From Limnospira sp. (lineage in GTDB: Bacteria; Cyanobacteriota; Cyanobacteriia; Cyanobacteriales; Microcoleaceae), in NCBI GenBank assembly GCA_050045915.1, contig JBNGCR010000004.1:1354-65353 (forward strand): DNA of 64,000 nucleotides, written 5' to 3'. Positions 19,751 to 30,723 of the stretch are shown in pieces (the stretch's first letter is position 1; each line of letters opens with the position of its first letter). The notes beneath the pieces are model-generated. The model was not told the DNA's origin. It searched no databases and worked only from the letters and a program-made list of their open reading frames with translations. A program made the position numbers and the translations under genes.

Positions 19751-21395
19751 ATATTCTATAGTGGTTCAGTTTGTTGATTTGTTCTATGAAATTATTTTGT
19801 TTCAAAAAGTAGCTTGTATAGGCAATTTCTACCGTGCGATCGCAATCGTGAACGAACACATCCGTATTGCCGGACTGCATCGCCAATTGGGATGCGGTAT
19901 AAATGCTTTTCATCCGCCCCGGTTTGTCCGGCGTGTAGCCGGCGGGGGCATCCACTAAAATCCAATCCCAGGATGTCTCGTAAATCCATTGGGGTAAATC
20001 CAAAATCAGGCAATTCTCGCCGCGATCGAACCTCATCAACAGTTCCGCCCAATCTTTTCGTTTTGTGCCGTATTCGACATGATACGCCTCTAAATTCGCG
20101 CAATTCTGTTGAACCTGCGTCAGCCACTCCTGGCTATCTTCCAAAAAAATAGTTTTGCCCTCGCGGTTGATCTCCATCCACAACGCACTATCTTTTCCGA
20201 CTCCAAACACCAGCAAATTTCCCGGTGCCTTCTCGGAAATGCGATCGCCGATATAGCGGTATTCCTCGACCGTCATTTGACCGGGATTTCCCGCGACTAA
20301 GTTATCAATCATTGGATAGTAATCCGGGATATTCTCAACCCCATCGTCACCGACAATCCACTCCCACCGCAAATGTTCCGGCAACGTCCAATTCACCGCC
20401 GGATCGGGCTGGTGGGCGATCGGTTCCACATTGCCCCGCCAAGCGACTCCCATAATTTGCTTGGTTTGATAAATACCGACATTCCAACCGCGATCGCGGA
20501 AATAATTCCAACCTGCAAATACGTCCGGAGATACCAGATCGTGAAATAATATCAACGCATCGTCTGCCGCCACCCGTTCGCAAATTTGGGCATCCTGCAA
20601 AGGCCCGGGTGCCTCGTGATTTCCGTCGATAAAAATGAGCGGCCAGCGGCGGTTTTCTTGCGCCGCCACTTCCTGAACTTTCGCCGGACTGTAACCCGGA
20701 ATTAACTGCACTTTATCCAAAACTTGGGCCGACTGCAAAGAACCCCGGACGCGATCGCCGAAAATCGGGTTCGCCAGCCCCGGATCGACGACATCGAGAA
20801 GCACCCCACCCAATGCCAGGTGACAGGTTGACCACCCCAACCAACAGCCGATTTCCAACGCCCGTTGACCTTTAAATTTCAAGGCCGTATTATATAAAAT
20901 ATGGGCTTCATCTCGGGTGATAAATCCGACCGTCGGAAACTGTTTGTCCACATAGCGATTGTGGGGAATTTCCCGGCGGTGATACTGCCATTTTGAACTG
21001 AGATTATCGACCGTTAAATTGGGAAAATGGCGATCGGCTTTAATTTTCGCGAAGTGGGGGCAGACGTAATCCCCCGCCGGAAACGTCACGTCCCCGGCCG
21101 ATTCCCCGAAAATTTGCGATAAACTCTGCCGAGCGATCGCACACCCGGAGTCCAGTTCCACAGCCAAACGATAAGCCCGGATCGCCGCATCCGCCTTGTG
21201 TTGGGCTTGCAACGCCTGACCGAGGGTCTGATACGCTTCGCCGTAACCGGGTTCAATTTTGATCGCCTGATGACAAATAGCGATCGCCGATTCCAACTTT
21301 CCCGCAGCCAGATCCGCTTTCGCCCGGGCATTAAGTTGCGAAACCGCCGCATCTGCCGGAGAGCGATCGATATCGCGATAGACAGGATTCCCCAT
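19749..21395 (-). CDS. TPR + class I SAM methyltransferase (Methyltransf_24-like) + DUF579/GXM-like polysaccharide O-methyltransferase domain
   Basis: N-terminal TPR (AICHQAIKIEPGYGEAYQTLGQAL). Methyltransferase motifs ALEIGCWLGWST and IFIDGNH...ILFHD. C-terminal NLLVFGVGKDSALW, WDWILVDAPAGY..PGRMKSIYTA and TDVFVHDCDR. Confidence 0.8.
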   Translation of the reverse strand: MGNPVYRDIDRSPADAAVSQLNARAKADLAAGKLESAIAICHQAIKIEPGYGEAYQTLGQALQAQHKADAAIRAYRLAVELDSGCAIARQSLSQIFGESAGDVTFPAGDYVCPHFAKIKADRHFPNLTVDNLSSKWQYHRREIPHNRYVDKQFPTVGFITRDEAHILYNTALKFKGQRALEIGCWLGWSTCHLALGGVLLDVVDPGLANPIFGDRVRGSLQSAQVLDKVQLIPGYSPAKVQEVAAQENRRWPLIFIDGNHEAPGPLQDAQICERVAADDALILFHDLVSPDVFAGWNYFRDRGWNVGIYQTKQIMGVAWRGNVEPIAHQPDPAVNWTLPEHLRWEWIVGDDGVENIPDYYPMIDNLVAGNPGQMTVEEYRYIGDRISEKAPGNLLVFGVGKDSALWMEINREGKTIFLEDSQEWLTQVQQNCANLEAYHVEYGTKRKDWAELLMRFDRGENCLILDLPQWIYETSWDWILVDAPAGYTPDKPGRMKSIYTASQLAMQSGNTDVFVHDCDRTVEIAYTSYFLKQNNFIEQINKLNHYRI

Positions 21396-21480
21396 GAGTC
21401 ACTCTATATTAAGGTCGGATGTCGAGGCTCAAGCTTCGGTCAGCAAAGGAAATAATAATACATCATCAACCGCCCCTGTG

Positions 21481-21540
21481 CTCCCCCTGCTCCCCCTGCT
21501 CCCCCTGCTCCCCCTGCTCCCCCTGCTCCCCCTGCTCCCC
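21481..21540. repeat. 9-mer tandem repeat (CTCCCCCTG)x6+
   Basis: Six perfect copies plus a partial one, in the divergent intergenic region before ftsH. Confidence 0.95.
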
Positions 21541-21652
21541 ATCCCCCCGACCCCCCAGCCTTTCTGAAAAATACGTTAAGATTGGTAAACAATAATATAA
21601 AGGTACCAGATCCTCTGGTAGCGACAAAGAATCGATAGGAGGACAGACGCCG

Positions 21653-23491
<1,839 letters not shown>

Positions 23492-23530
23492 TATCAGATC
23501 CGGTTATTTACCCGACAAACTTTTTGAGTC

Positions 23531-23562
23531 GGGTGTAGGGTGTAGGGTGTAGGGTGTAGGGT
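23531..23562. repeat. Heptamer tandem repeat (GGGTGTA)x4+ (STRR-type)
   Basis: Four perfect copies plus a partial one, after ftsH. Confidence 0.92.
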
Positions 23563-23657
23563 TTTCCTCTTTCCCTCCAGCCCTCTAGATGTCCGAGTCT
23601 TTGACCGGATTTGATATAACGATCCGTTTCATTTTCATCAATATGGGGCCATCCGTT

Positions 23658-25082
23658 TCATCGGGTGGCTCTTTTTTTGCGATCGCGACAACTGTTCAAA
23701 AATCGGCGGGGGATCTCCACCCGATCGCCCCAGTGTAAATGAAGGTAAGATGCGTGCAGGTTGGGGTAATTATTCCAGCCTTCGGTTTCGCGATCGCGAT
23801 CGCTCCCGTAGCGACACATCTGATAGGGGGACGTATCCGATTTGGCCGAAATCTGGGAATGGTGAAATTGGTGGCCGCGGACGGTTTCCCCGGCGGCAAA
23901 CAGGGGCGTTTCCCGCAACACTTCAGCTTCGTAATAACCCAGCGTCAGCCGTTTTTCCATAATCGCCTCAGCCGGCAAAATCCCCGCCATCGGCCAGCTT
24001 TTGCCTTGGAAATCGACAATGCGATCGCACAAATACATCAACCCCCCGCATTCGGCGTAGGTGGGGATGCCGGATTGGACGAGCGATCGCACATTTTGCC
24101 AGGTTTCCCGATTCTGACTCAAGGTTTCCGCGAAGACTTCCGGGAATCCCCCCCCGAAATAGAAGCCGTCGATATCCGCCGGAACTGCATCTGTGAGGGG
24201 ACTCCAAAACACCAGTTCCGCCCCCAATTCCCGCAAACTATCCAGATTGTCGGCGTAGTAAAAACTGAAGGCCGCATCCCGGGCGATCGCGATTCGGAGT
24301 CCGGAAAATTGAGTTTCCCCCTTATTAAATTGAGCCCCCCCCTTAATAAAGGGGGCGGGGGGGGGATCGCCAATGGGGGGGTGTGCGATCGCCGATTCCG
24401 CCGACAGCAGCGGCAACAACCGTTCCCAATCGAAACAGCGTCCCGCCAACGCCGCCAACCGCCCCAGCAGCGCGTCGAGTTCCGGGAGTTCCTCGGCGGG
24501 CACCAAACCCAGATGGCGATCGGGGATCTTGATATGATCCTGGCGGCGGATGACGCCCAAAATCGGCAAATCGAGCGGTTCGATCGCCGCTTTGAGTAAA
24601 TCCAGATGGCGATCGCTCCCGACCCGGTTGAGGACGATTCCCGCAAATTTAAGGTGGGGATAAAGGGTCGAAAAACCGTGGACGATGGCCGCGGCCGAAC
24701 CGGAGAGGCGGGCACAATCGATCGCCAAAATGATCGGCAAATCCAACAACTCAGCGACGTGGGCCGTGGATGCGATCGGGACCTTTCCCCCGCCAACGGG
24801 AAGGCCGTCAAACAGCCCCATCACCCCCTCAATTAACCCGTACTGCCCCCGCCGGACGTGGCGGGAAAAACAGCGTCTGACGTAATCCTCCGAAGTCAGG
24901 ATCGGGTCGAGGTTGCGACAGGGTTTCCCGGTGACATATTCGTGAAACATGGGGTCGATGTAATCCGGCCCCACTTTGAAAGACTGAACGTCAAATTGTC
25001 GGGATTTCAAATAGGCCAGGAGACAGAGGGTGAGGGTCGTCTTACCTACACCGCTGCGCTCTCCCGCAATTATGACAGTCAT
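23658..25082 (-). CDS. cbiA: Cobyrinate a,c-diamide synthase
   Basis: GERSGVGKTT, FKVGPDYIDP, IEGVMGLFDG, RHLGLVP, GGGFPE, YAECGGLMYL and ASYLHLH motifs. ATG at 25082. Confidence 0.95.
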   Translation of the reverse strand: MTVIIAGERSGVGKTTLTLCLLAYLKSRQFDVQSFKVGPDYIDPMFHEYVTGKPCRNLDPILTSEDYVRRCFSRHVRRGQYGLIEGVMGLFDGLPVGGGKVPIASTAHVAELLDLPIILAIDCARLSGSAAAIVHGFSTLYPHLKFAGIVLNRVGSDRHLDLLKAAIEPLDLPILGVIRRQDHIKIPDRHLGLVPAEELPELDALLGRLAALAGRCFDWERLLPLLSAESAIAHPPIGDPPPAPFIKGGAQFNKGETQFSGLRIAIARDAAFSFYYADNLDSLRELGAELVFWSPLTDAVPADIDGFYFGGGFPEVFAETLSQNRETWQNVRSLVQSGIPTYAECGGLMYLCDRIVDFQGKSWPMAGILPAEAIMEKRLTLGYYEAEVLRETPLFAAGETVRGHQFHHSQISAKSDTSPYQMCRYGSDRDRETEGWNNYPNLHASYLHLHWGDRVEIPRRFLNSCRDRKKRATR

Positions 25083-25110
25083 GGATGGCAGGGACAACAA
25101 CTAATCATCG

Positions 25111-25145
25111 TCAATTATCAATTATCAATTGTCAATTATCAATTA
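25111..25145. repeat. Heptamer tandem repeat (TCAATTA)x5 (STRR-type)
   Basis: Five copies, one with a single mismatch, upstream of cbiA. Confidence 0.9.
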
Positions 25146-25186
25146 TTCCCCCCGCGATCGTCCCGGCTCCCAAAAAACCGATCAAA

Positions 25187-25489
25187 CTAGCGCTTCGGTT
25201 TGGTTTTCACGCTCACCGGGCCGTTGACTTTGGTCTGGCAAGCCAGACGATAATTGTCGGGCTTTTTCTTGAGCAGACGTTCCTCGACCTGAGTTTTGTC
25301 GGAGAGATTGTCCATCCCTTCCACCACTTCCACAATGCAGGTTCCACATTGGCCGTAGCCGCCGCAGTTCATCAGTTTTCCCTTCAATGTATACAGATCA
25401 ATTTGATTTTCCAGGGCTTTGAGTCGGAGATTGGCACCATCAGCGGCAATTACTTCGCGATTCTCGTTGACAAAATTGATATTAGCCAT
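25187..25489 (-). CDS. 2Fe-2S ferredoxin-like protein
   Basis: [11 protein letters not shown]...RLACQ cysteine motif; 100 aa. Confidence 0.9.
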   Translation of the reverse strand: MANINFVNENREVIAADGANLRLKALENQIDLYTLKGKLMNCGGYGQCGTCIVEVVEGMDNLSDKTQVEERLLKKKPDNYRLACQTKVNGPVSVKTKPKR

Positions 25490-25685
25490 TACGAATTCCT
25501 AGACGGATCGACATTGTTCTTCAAAAAAACTTGGGGACATCCTCCAGACGCTCGCGACTCAGAGCGACAAAAACCGGAGGTGTCACAGGCTCCGTTAAAA
25601 ATGTTAACAAACTGTTTGGACTTTTTGTCTTTTCCCGTCAAATAAGTTCGCTCGCGAAGGGAGTTGAGTTGCATCCGCTCATCCC

Positions 25686-27635
25686 CTAGGGTCGGTCTTG
25701 GAGGATACTTCCCGGCAGGTTGCTCACCGCCCGCCGCAGTTGGGCCAAGGCGCGGTTGTAACCGATGATCGCCTGCAACAACTGGTTTTGGGCGCGGGTG
25801 AGGCTAGTTTCCTGGTTGATCACGTCTGTCTGAGTTCCCACCCCAGCCTGGAATCGCAGTCGGGCCAGGCGCAGAGCTTCCGTAGCTTCCTCGACACCCA
25901 AATTCGCCACCCCGATATTTTCAAAACTGGCCTGCAGGTCGTAAAACGACTCCTCGATACCGCGGCGGATCTGGTTGCGAGTTTGGGAAAAGCGCTCCTC
26001 GGCGATCGCGATATCGAGTTCTTGCTGTCGGGCCCGGGCTTTAGCTGCCCCGCCGTCGAAGAAATTCCACTGCAACTGAACTTGGACGCTGTAGCCGTCC
26101 GCCCAACCCTGGTTGGCGAAGGGGCTCGCATCGTCGGAAAGCAGTCCGAGGACGTTGTAGCTGGCCGCCGCCGTTAAGTTAGGCCGGGTGGCGGCGAGGG
26201 CCTGCTGCCGCCGCTCCTCGGCGACGTTACGGGCGATGAGTTGCTGTTCGAGTTCCGGGCGATTTTTATAGGCCAGGACGATCGTCTCGTCGAGGGTAAA
26301 CTCCCACGTCCCCGCCAGGGCGATGGGGTCCGCGGCTACCAAATTGGCGTTCTGACTCACATTGACCAAAACAGACAAATTTCGCCGTGCCGTTTTCTGG
26401 TTGCTGATGGCATTGGTCAGATCCTGCTGGCTACTCGCCAGGGTGACGCGGGCCTGCAGGACTTCAAATCGGGTCCCTACCCCCGCCCGTTCCAGGGCTT
26501 CGGCATCCTCCAAACTTTTTTGGGCGTTCCGCACCGCGGCCCGCTGAATTTCCACCGTGGCATCCGCGGCCTGGAGGGTGTAGTAGGTGTCCGTCACGTT
26601 CAGATAGGTCTCTTCGACCACCCGCTCCAGCTCCAATTCTGCCGCCCGCAATTGTTCCTCAGCCTCCCGAATTCGCGCCCCCCGCGCCCCGCTCAACCCG
26701 AAGTCATATTGGATTTGAATGGAGTTGTCGAAGCTGGTGCTGCCGAAGGGGATGGCAAATGGGGTTTGGTCTTGGATGTCTTGACCCTCAGCCGCGGCTT
26801 GGCGACGTTGGTTGCGAATCCGGCGATTTTGCGCCCGGGTGGAGATGGTACCTGACGCACTCTCGGATCGGAGCAAGCTGGAGGTAAACGACAGGCTGGG
26901 ATACAGTTCCGCCTGGGCGACTCGCAGGCTCGCGAGGCTCTGGTCAACTTGGAGTTGCAAAACTGCGATTTCTTCGTTATTGCGCCGCGCCAGGTCGAGG
27001 GCCTGCTCCAGAGTGATGGGGACAGTTTCTTGAATTTCCACCTGATCCGGTTGGGTGGGAAAATAGAGCGGATTGCTGCTTGGGAACAGGATCGCCGGCG
27101 GATCGGTTCGCAGAGTTCCGTCGGGGTAGGGTTGAGGATAGGGTTCCGTCGGCGGGGTCAGGTCCGGCACTTGCAGGGCGGGTTCGGCGACCTGGGCTAA
27201 CTGCGCGGGTTCCCTCCCAGGGGTCGCCCCTTCGCCCGTCGGAGGATCCCCGATGGCGACTTCGACCGAGGGGGGCGCGGTTTCCGCCGCATCCCCGGCG
27301 ATGGCGGGGCCGGTGGCGGGTTTGATGTCCGGCTTTTGAACTGAGATCGCGACGTTCTCGGCCCGATCTGAGTTCGCGAGTTGAGATGGGCTCAGATCGC
27401 CGGATGCTTTTTCAGATTCGACCGGAGTCGGGTGTTCAGATAACTCGGCCTCAGAGTTCCCGGAAGTCGAGAATTTAGTGGAGTTGTGTTTGGAACCTGA
27501 CTCTCGGGTTGAGTGAGGTTCGGAAACGCGATCTAATTGTTTGATGGGTGGGGGGACCGCTTCTCCCCCCCCGATATTGAAGAATACGATGGCCCCACTC
27601 ACTCCCACAGCCATGAAATAGCGAAGAACAGGCAT
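25686..27635 (-). CDS. tolC: TolC-family outer membrane efflux protein (HgdD-like)
   Basis: ITLEQALDLARRNN, AGVGTRFEV, QLQWNFFDGG and ARLRFQAGVGTQTDV motifs. Signal peptide and long Pro/Ala-rich N-terminus. Confidence 0.88.
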   Translation of the reverse strand: MPVLRYFMAVGVSGAIVFFNIGGGEAVPPPIKQLDRVSEPHSTRESGSKHNSTKFSTSGNSEAELSEHPTPVESEKASGDLSPSQLANSDRAENVAISVQKPDIKPATGPAIAGDAAETAPPSVEVAIGDPPTGEGATPGREPAQLAQVAEPALQVPDLTPPTEPYPQPYPDGTLRTDPPAILFPSSNPLYFPTQPDQVEIQETVPITLEQALDLARRNNEEIAVLQLQVDQSLASLRVAQAELYPSLSFTSSLLRSESASGTISTRAQNRRIRNQRRQAAAEGQDIQDQTPFAIPFGSTSFDNSIQIQYDFGLSGARGARIREAEEQLRAAELELERVVEETYLNVTDTYYTLQAADATVEIQRAAVRNAQKSLEDAEALERAGVGTRFEVLQARVTLASSQQDLTNAISNQKTARRNLSVLVNVSQNANLVAADPIALAGTWEFTLDETIVLAYKNRPELEQQLIARNVAEERRQQALAATRPNLTAAASYNVLGLLSDDASPFANQGWADGYSVQVQLQWNFFDGGAAKARARQQELDIAIAEERFSQTRNQIRRGIEESFYDLQASFENIGVANLGVEEATEALRLARLRFQAGVGTQTDVINQETSLTRAQNQLLQAIIGYNRALAQLRRAVSNLPGSILQDRP

Positions 27636-27708
27636 AAGTTTTTTAATTTCACTGAGTCTGCAAGTCCAGAACTCATTTTAGAGCAAGGTTGAAAGATTGC
27701 TCTAATAT

Positions 27709-27744
27709 TTGACACTCCCGGCTTCCCCGTGCGGATGGGGAATT
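27709..27744 (-). mobile_element. Possible degenerate IS605-type right-end remnant
   Basis: Minus strand ATTCCCCATCCGCACGGGGAAGCCGGGAGTGTCAA resembles the right ends at 36643 and 56058. Short, so it could be chance. Confidence 0.35.
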
Positions 27745-28181
27745 TGACGGGCGACGATCGCCGTTGGAGTCCTGAATGGACGGTGGTGTGGCTGTGGTCT
27801 GCCCGGGGGAACGGAGGGGGCGATCGCGCGGGGACAATTCCGGGACAAGTGCGATTTGTTTCCGTACCAAATCTAAAATTCCGTAAAATTACGGAGATAT
27901 CCGCCTCCGTTGATGTTCAAAAAAGCGATCAATTTCCGAGAAATTGCTGTTGGTGTTTTGTCCGATTTATTTTAATCTTAAACTAGGGTCTGAAATCAGC
28001 TGTATCCTGCGATCCAGTCCGCTCTGACCTTCGGTTTTCCCACGGTTGAACCGTTGCCATTGAATCGTTGCCGTTGTTTGTCAGTAGTCCCCCATCCAAT
28101 TGGAGACGCAGGGAAGCGCCGAACCGAGCGATCGGAAAACCCGACGAACCGTCCCAAACCTTTACCCCCCCCTGAAATTAA

Positions 28182-28616
28182 ATGTCTATCTCAGAAAAAG
28201 CTTTAAACGACATTCCCACCCTTCTCCGTACCGTCCGCCATGAATTGGGCCTGTCCCAAAGCAAACTGGCCCAACGCTTGGGGGTGTCCTCACAGACGAT
28301 CAACCGCTGGGAAAACGGACATTCTCGGCCGTCTCAACTGTCCATGAACGTTCTCAAAAATCAGTTAAATTCTTTAGATATTCCCCCGGAGGAAAAACCG
28401 TCTCCCCCCAAATCTTCTCTCCAGTACGAGGGCCTTCGCCAGGCCGATGTCGCCCGCATCCTGAACGTTTCTTTTCAGCGGGTTCAGACCATTAGGAAGC
28501 GGCATTATATAGAATTTGCCTGGGACAAAAATATTCAAGCCTGGGTCACATCTCGGGAAGAAGTCCAGCGCTATATCGACAACAAAGGCAAGCGCAGAAG
28601 ACGGACGATCGACTAA
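28182..28616 (+). CDS. XRE-family HTH regulator with a second C-terminal HTH-like domain
   Basis: LRTVRHELGLSQSKLAQRLGVSSQTINRWENG (HTH_3), followed by LRQADVARILNVSFQRVQTIR...SREEVQRY. Confidence 0.8.
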   Translation: MSISEKALNDIPTLLRTVRHELGLSQSKLAQRLGVSSQTINRWENGHSRPSQLSMNVLKNQLNSLDIPPEEKPSPPKSSLQYEGLRQADVARILNVSFQRVQTIRKRHYIEFAWDKNIQAWVTSREEVQRYIDNKGKRRRRTID

Positions 28617-28626
28617 AATCGTTTTG

Positions 28627-28686
28627 AATTGAACCGCCCATGACCCCAGCCAACCCTCCCCTTGTCAAGGGGAGGGCGGTTTCATT
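28627..28686. repeat. Nested palindrome between convergent genes (possible bidirectional terminator)
   Basis: Inner perfect CCCTCCCCTTG-T-CAAGGGGAGGG. Outer AATTGAACCGCCC / GGGCGGTTTCATT, which resembles the MITE TIR at 8853. Confidence 0.55.
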
Positions 28687-28775
28687 CTACCCCGAAAAAT
28701 GGCGCTTAGGAACGGTGGAAGCCCAGCCCCTCCGTTCTCTGACTTGCGATTACCTATTCCCTATTCCCCATTCCC

Positions 28776-29405
28776 TCACTCCAACAAACCGTCCGGCGGC
28801 GTGATTTCCAGGCGGCGATTTTCCAAATCCACCACCGGGACAATCTCTGGGACGAAGGGAATCAAAACCGTTTTGGGTCGGGATGCTTTTTGGCGAAAAT
28901 GTCGCTTCCGCCGTTTATTTTTGGGAATTTTTTCTAACTTCGCCTGCAAAGCCGCGTCGGCGGCGAGTTCTTCCTCGCTGGGGGCGACATTTAACTGCAC
29001 TTCCAACAGGTCGTTTCCCGCCGGAATCACGTCAGTCACGGTTCCGATCGCTTCCAAACCGGATCGGTGGAACACTTCCAACCCGATCAGATCCAAAACG
29101 TAAAATTCGCCCTCCTCCAAATGGGGGCGATCGCCTTCCGGGATCAACAGGCGGCTGTCTCGCAACGCCTCCGCGCTCGCGCGGGTGTCCACCCCCGCCA
29201 ATTCGATCGCGTAGAGTCCCTTGCCGGGAATCACCCACCCTCCCAACAGTTCGACGGGTTCGGGTTCCATTTGTTCGGGCCGTTGCAGCCACCGGGTTCC
29301 GGGTTCGAGAAACCGTTCGGGAAAGTCGGAGTTGGGATACACCCGCACCTGGCCCCCCAAACCCTGGGCGGCGACGATTTTACCAATCTCAATCCAGTCA
29401 GACAT
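28776..29405 (-). CDS. rimM: Ribosome maturation factor RimM
   Basis: IGKIVAAQGLGGQVRV, GEFYVLDLIGLEV, AGNDLLEV and LIPFVPEIVPVVDL motifs. Confidence 0.95.
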   Translation of the reverse strand: MSDWIEIGKIVAAQGLGGQVRVYPNSDFPERFLEPGTRWLQRPEQMEPEPVELLGGWVIPGKGLYAIELAGVDTRASAEALRDSRLLIPEGDRPHLEEGEFYVLDLIGLEVFHRSGLEAIGTVTDVIPAGNDLLEVQLNVAPSEEELAADAALQAKLEKIPKNKRRKRHFRQKASRPKTVLIPFVPEIVPVVDLENRRLEITPPDGLLE

Positions 29406-29432
29406 GATAAGATTTCAACATTTTAACCGATA

Positions 29433-30722
29433 GTGGGTGAACGGGTCATGGCGTTGAGTTCTCGGCGAGTCCCCATTTTCTCCCCGGAAGTGGCGACCAT
29501 CAAGCATCAGATCGCACGACGGCAGGCTCGTTGGAGTCGGCCGGTCAGTTTGGCTACCGTTCCCATTTTACTCTCGATCGCGACGACAACTCTCGGCCCC
29601 ACCCCCCCCGCATTCGGGTCGGATTCCCGGATCGTCGCCCAAGCCATATCGGAGTCGGATGCCGCACTCCGCGATCGCGTCCAAACGGAGGTGGACAGCG
29701 CTTTCCGCCGTACCCTGGCGTTATTAAATTTGATATTGGTGTTCCTCTTTCTCCTCCCCACCATTGCGGGGGTGGGGGTGTGGTTTTTACTCTCCAAATT
29801 GACTCACCAAGTGTTTGAGGTTCGCCAAGAAATCGATAGTTTAAAATCCGACACGATCGCCCAGATCGAAGAGAGTCTCCGGGAAGCCAAAACCCTCCTC
29901 CGCCAACTGCAAAAAAATGCCACCCGGGCCGACGAGGCGATCGCCAGTTTGAAAGTCCAGACGATCTTGCAACTGCCGGAATCGGAGGCCGAGGAATCGC
30001 CCGAAACCGAGGCGGAACCCGCCCCCGCCGCCCAAACGCCGGAACCGACTTCCGAAAAGCCCGAGGAACCGGAAACCCCGATCCCGCAACCCACCCAGCC
30101 CCAACCTCCGGGGGGCGATCGCATCCTGGAAGCAGCCCGACAGTTCGCCAAACAGGGGGAAAAGTTCTTCATGGAAAATCGTCTCGATGAGGCGATCAAC
30201 GCTTACGACCAGGCGTTGAAGTTGCAGGCGAACTTGCCGGAAGTTTGGAACAATCGGGGGGTGGTATTGACCAGGCTGAAGCGGTATCAAGAGGCGATCG
30301 CCTCCTACGAACAGGCGATTCAAATTCGCGCCGACTATCCCGATGCCTGGAGTAACCGGGGGGTGGCTTTGGCGAAGCTAAAATATTACGAAGCTGCCGT
30401 TTTTTCCTACGATCGCGCTATCCAACTCAAGGAAGATTATCTGGATGCCTGGAACAATCGCGGTCAGGCGTTGATGAATTTGCAGCAGTACGACGAGGCG
30501 ATCGCTTCTTTCAACAATGCAGCTAAAATTCGCCCTGACTTCTATCGAACTTGGTACAATAAAGCCCGCTGCTACGCCCTCAAAGATAATCGAGAATTGG
30601 CGATCGAAAATCTGCGACGAGCCCTCAGAATTGATGCCAAATTGGTGAAAAATTTCATCAAAAAAGAGAAAGATTTCGACAACATCCGCCAGGATAAAAA
30701 ATTTCAGGAATTGCTCGATTGA
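29433..30722 (+). CDS. Membrane-anchored TPR-repeat protein
   Basis: Hydrophobic segment LLNLILVFLFLLPTIAGVGVWFLL, then a coiled coil, an acidic Pro-rich linker and ~6 TPRs (VWNNRGVVL, AWSNRGVAL, AWNNRGQAL, TWYNKARCY). Confidence 0.85.
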   Translation: MGERVMALSSRRVPIFSPEVATIKHQIARRQARWSRPVSLATVPILLSIATTTLGPTPPAFGSDSRIVAQAISESDAALRDRVQTEVDSAFRRTLALLNLILVFLFLLPTIAGVGVWFLLSKLTHQVFEVRQEIDSLKSDTIAQIEESLREAKTLLRQLQKNATRADEAIASLKVQTILQLPESEAEESPETEAEPAPAAQTPEPTSEKPEEPETPIPQPTQPQPPGGDRILEAARQFAKQGEKFFMENRLDEAINAYDQALKLQANLPEVWNNRGVVLTRLKRYQEAIASYEQAIQIRADYPDAWSNRGVALAKLKYYEAAVFSYDRAIQLKEDYLDAWNNRGQALMNLQQYDEAIASFNNAAKIRPDFYRTWYNKARCYALKDNRELAIENLRRALRIDAKLVKNFIKKEKDFDNIRQDKKFQELLD

Positions 30723-30723
30723 T

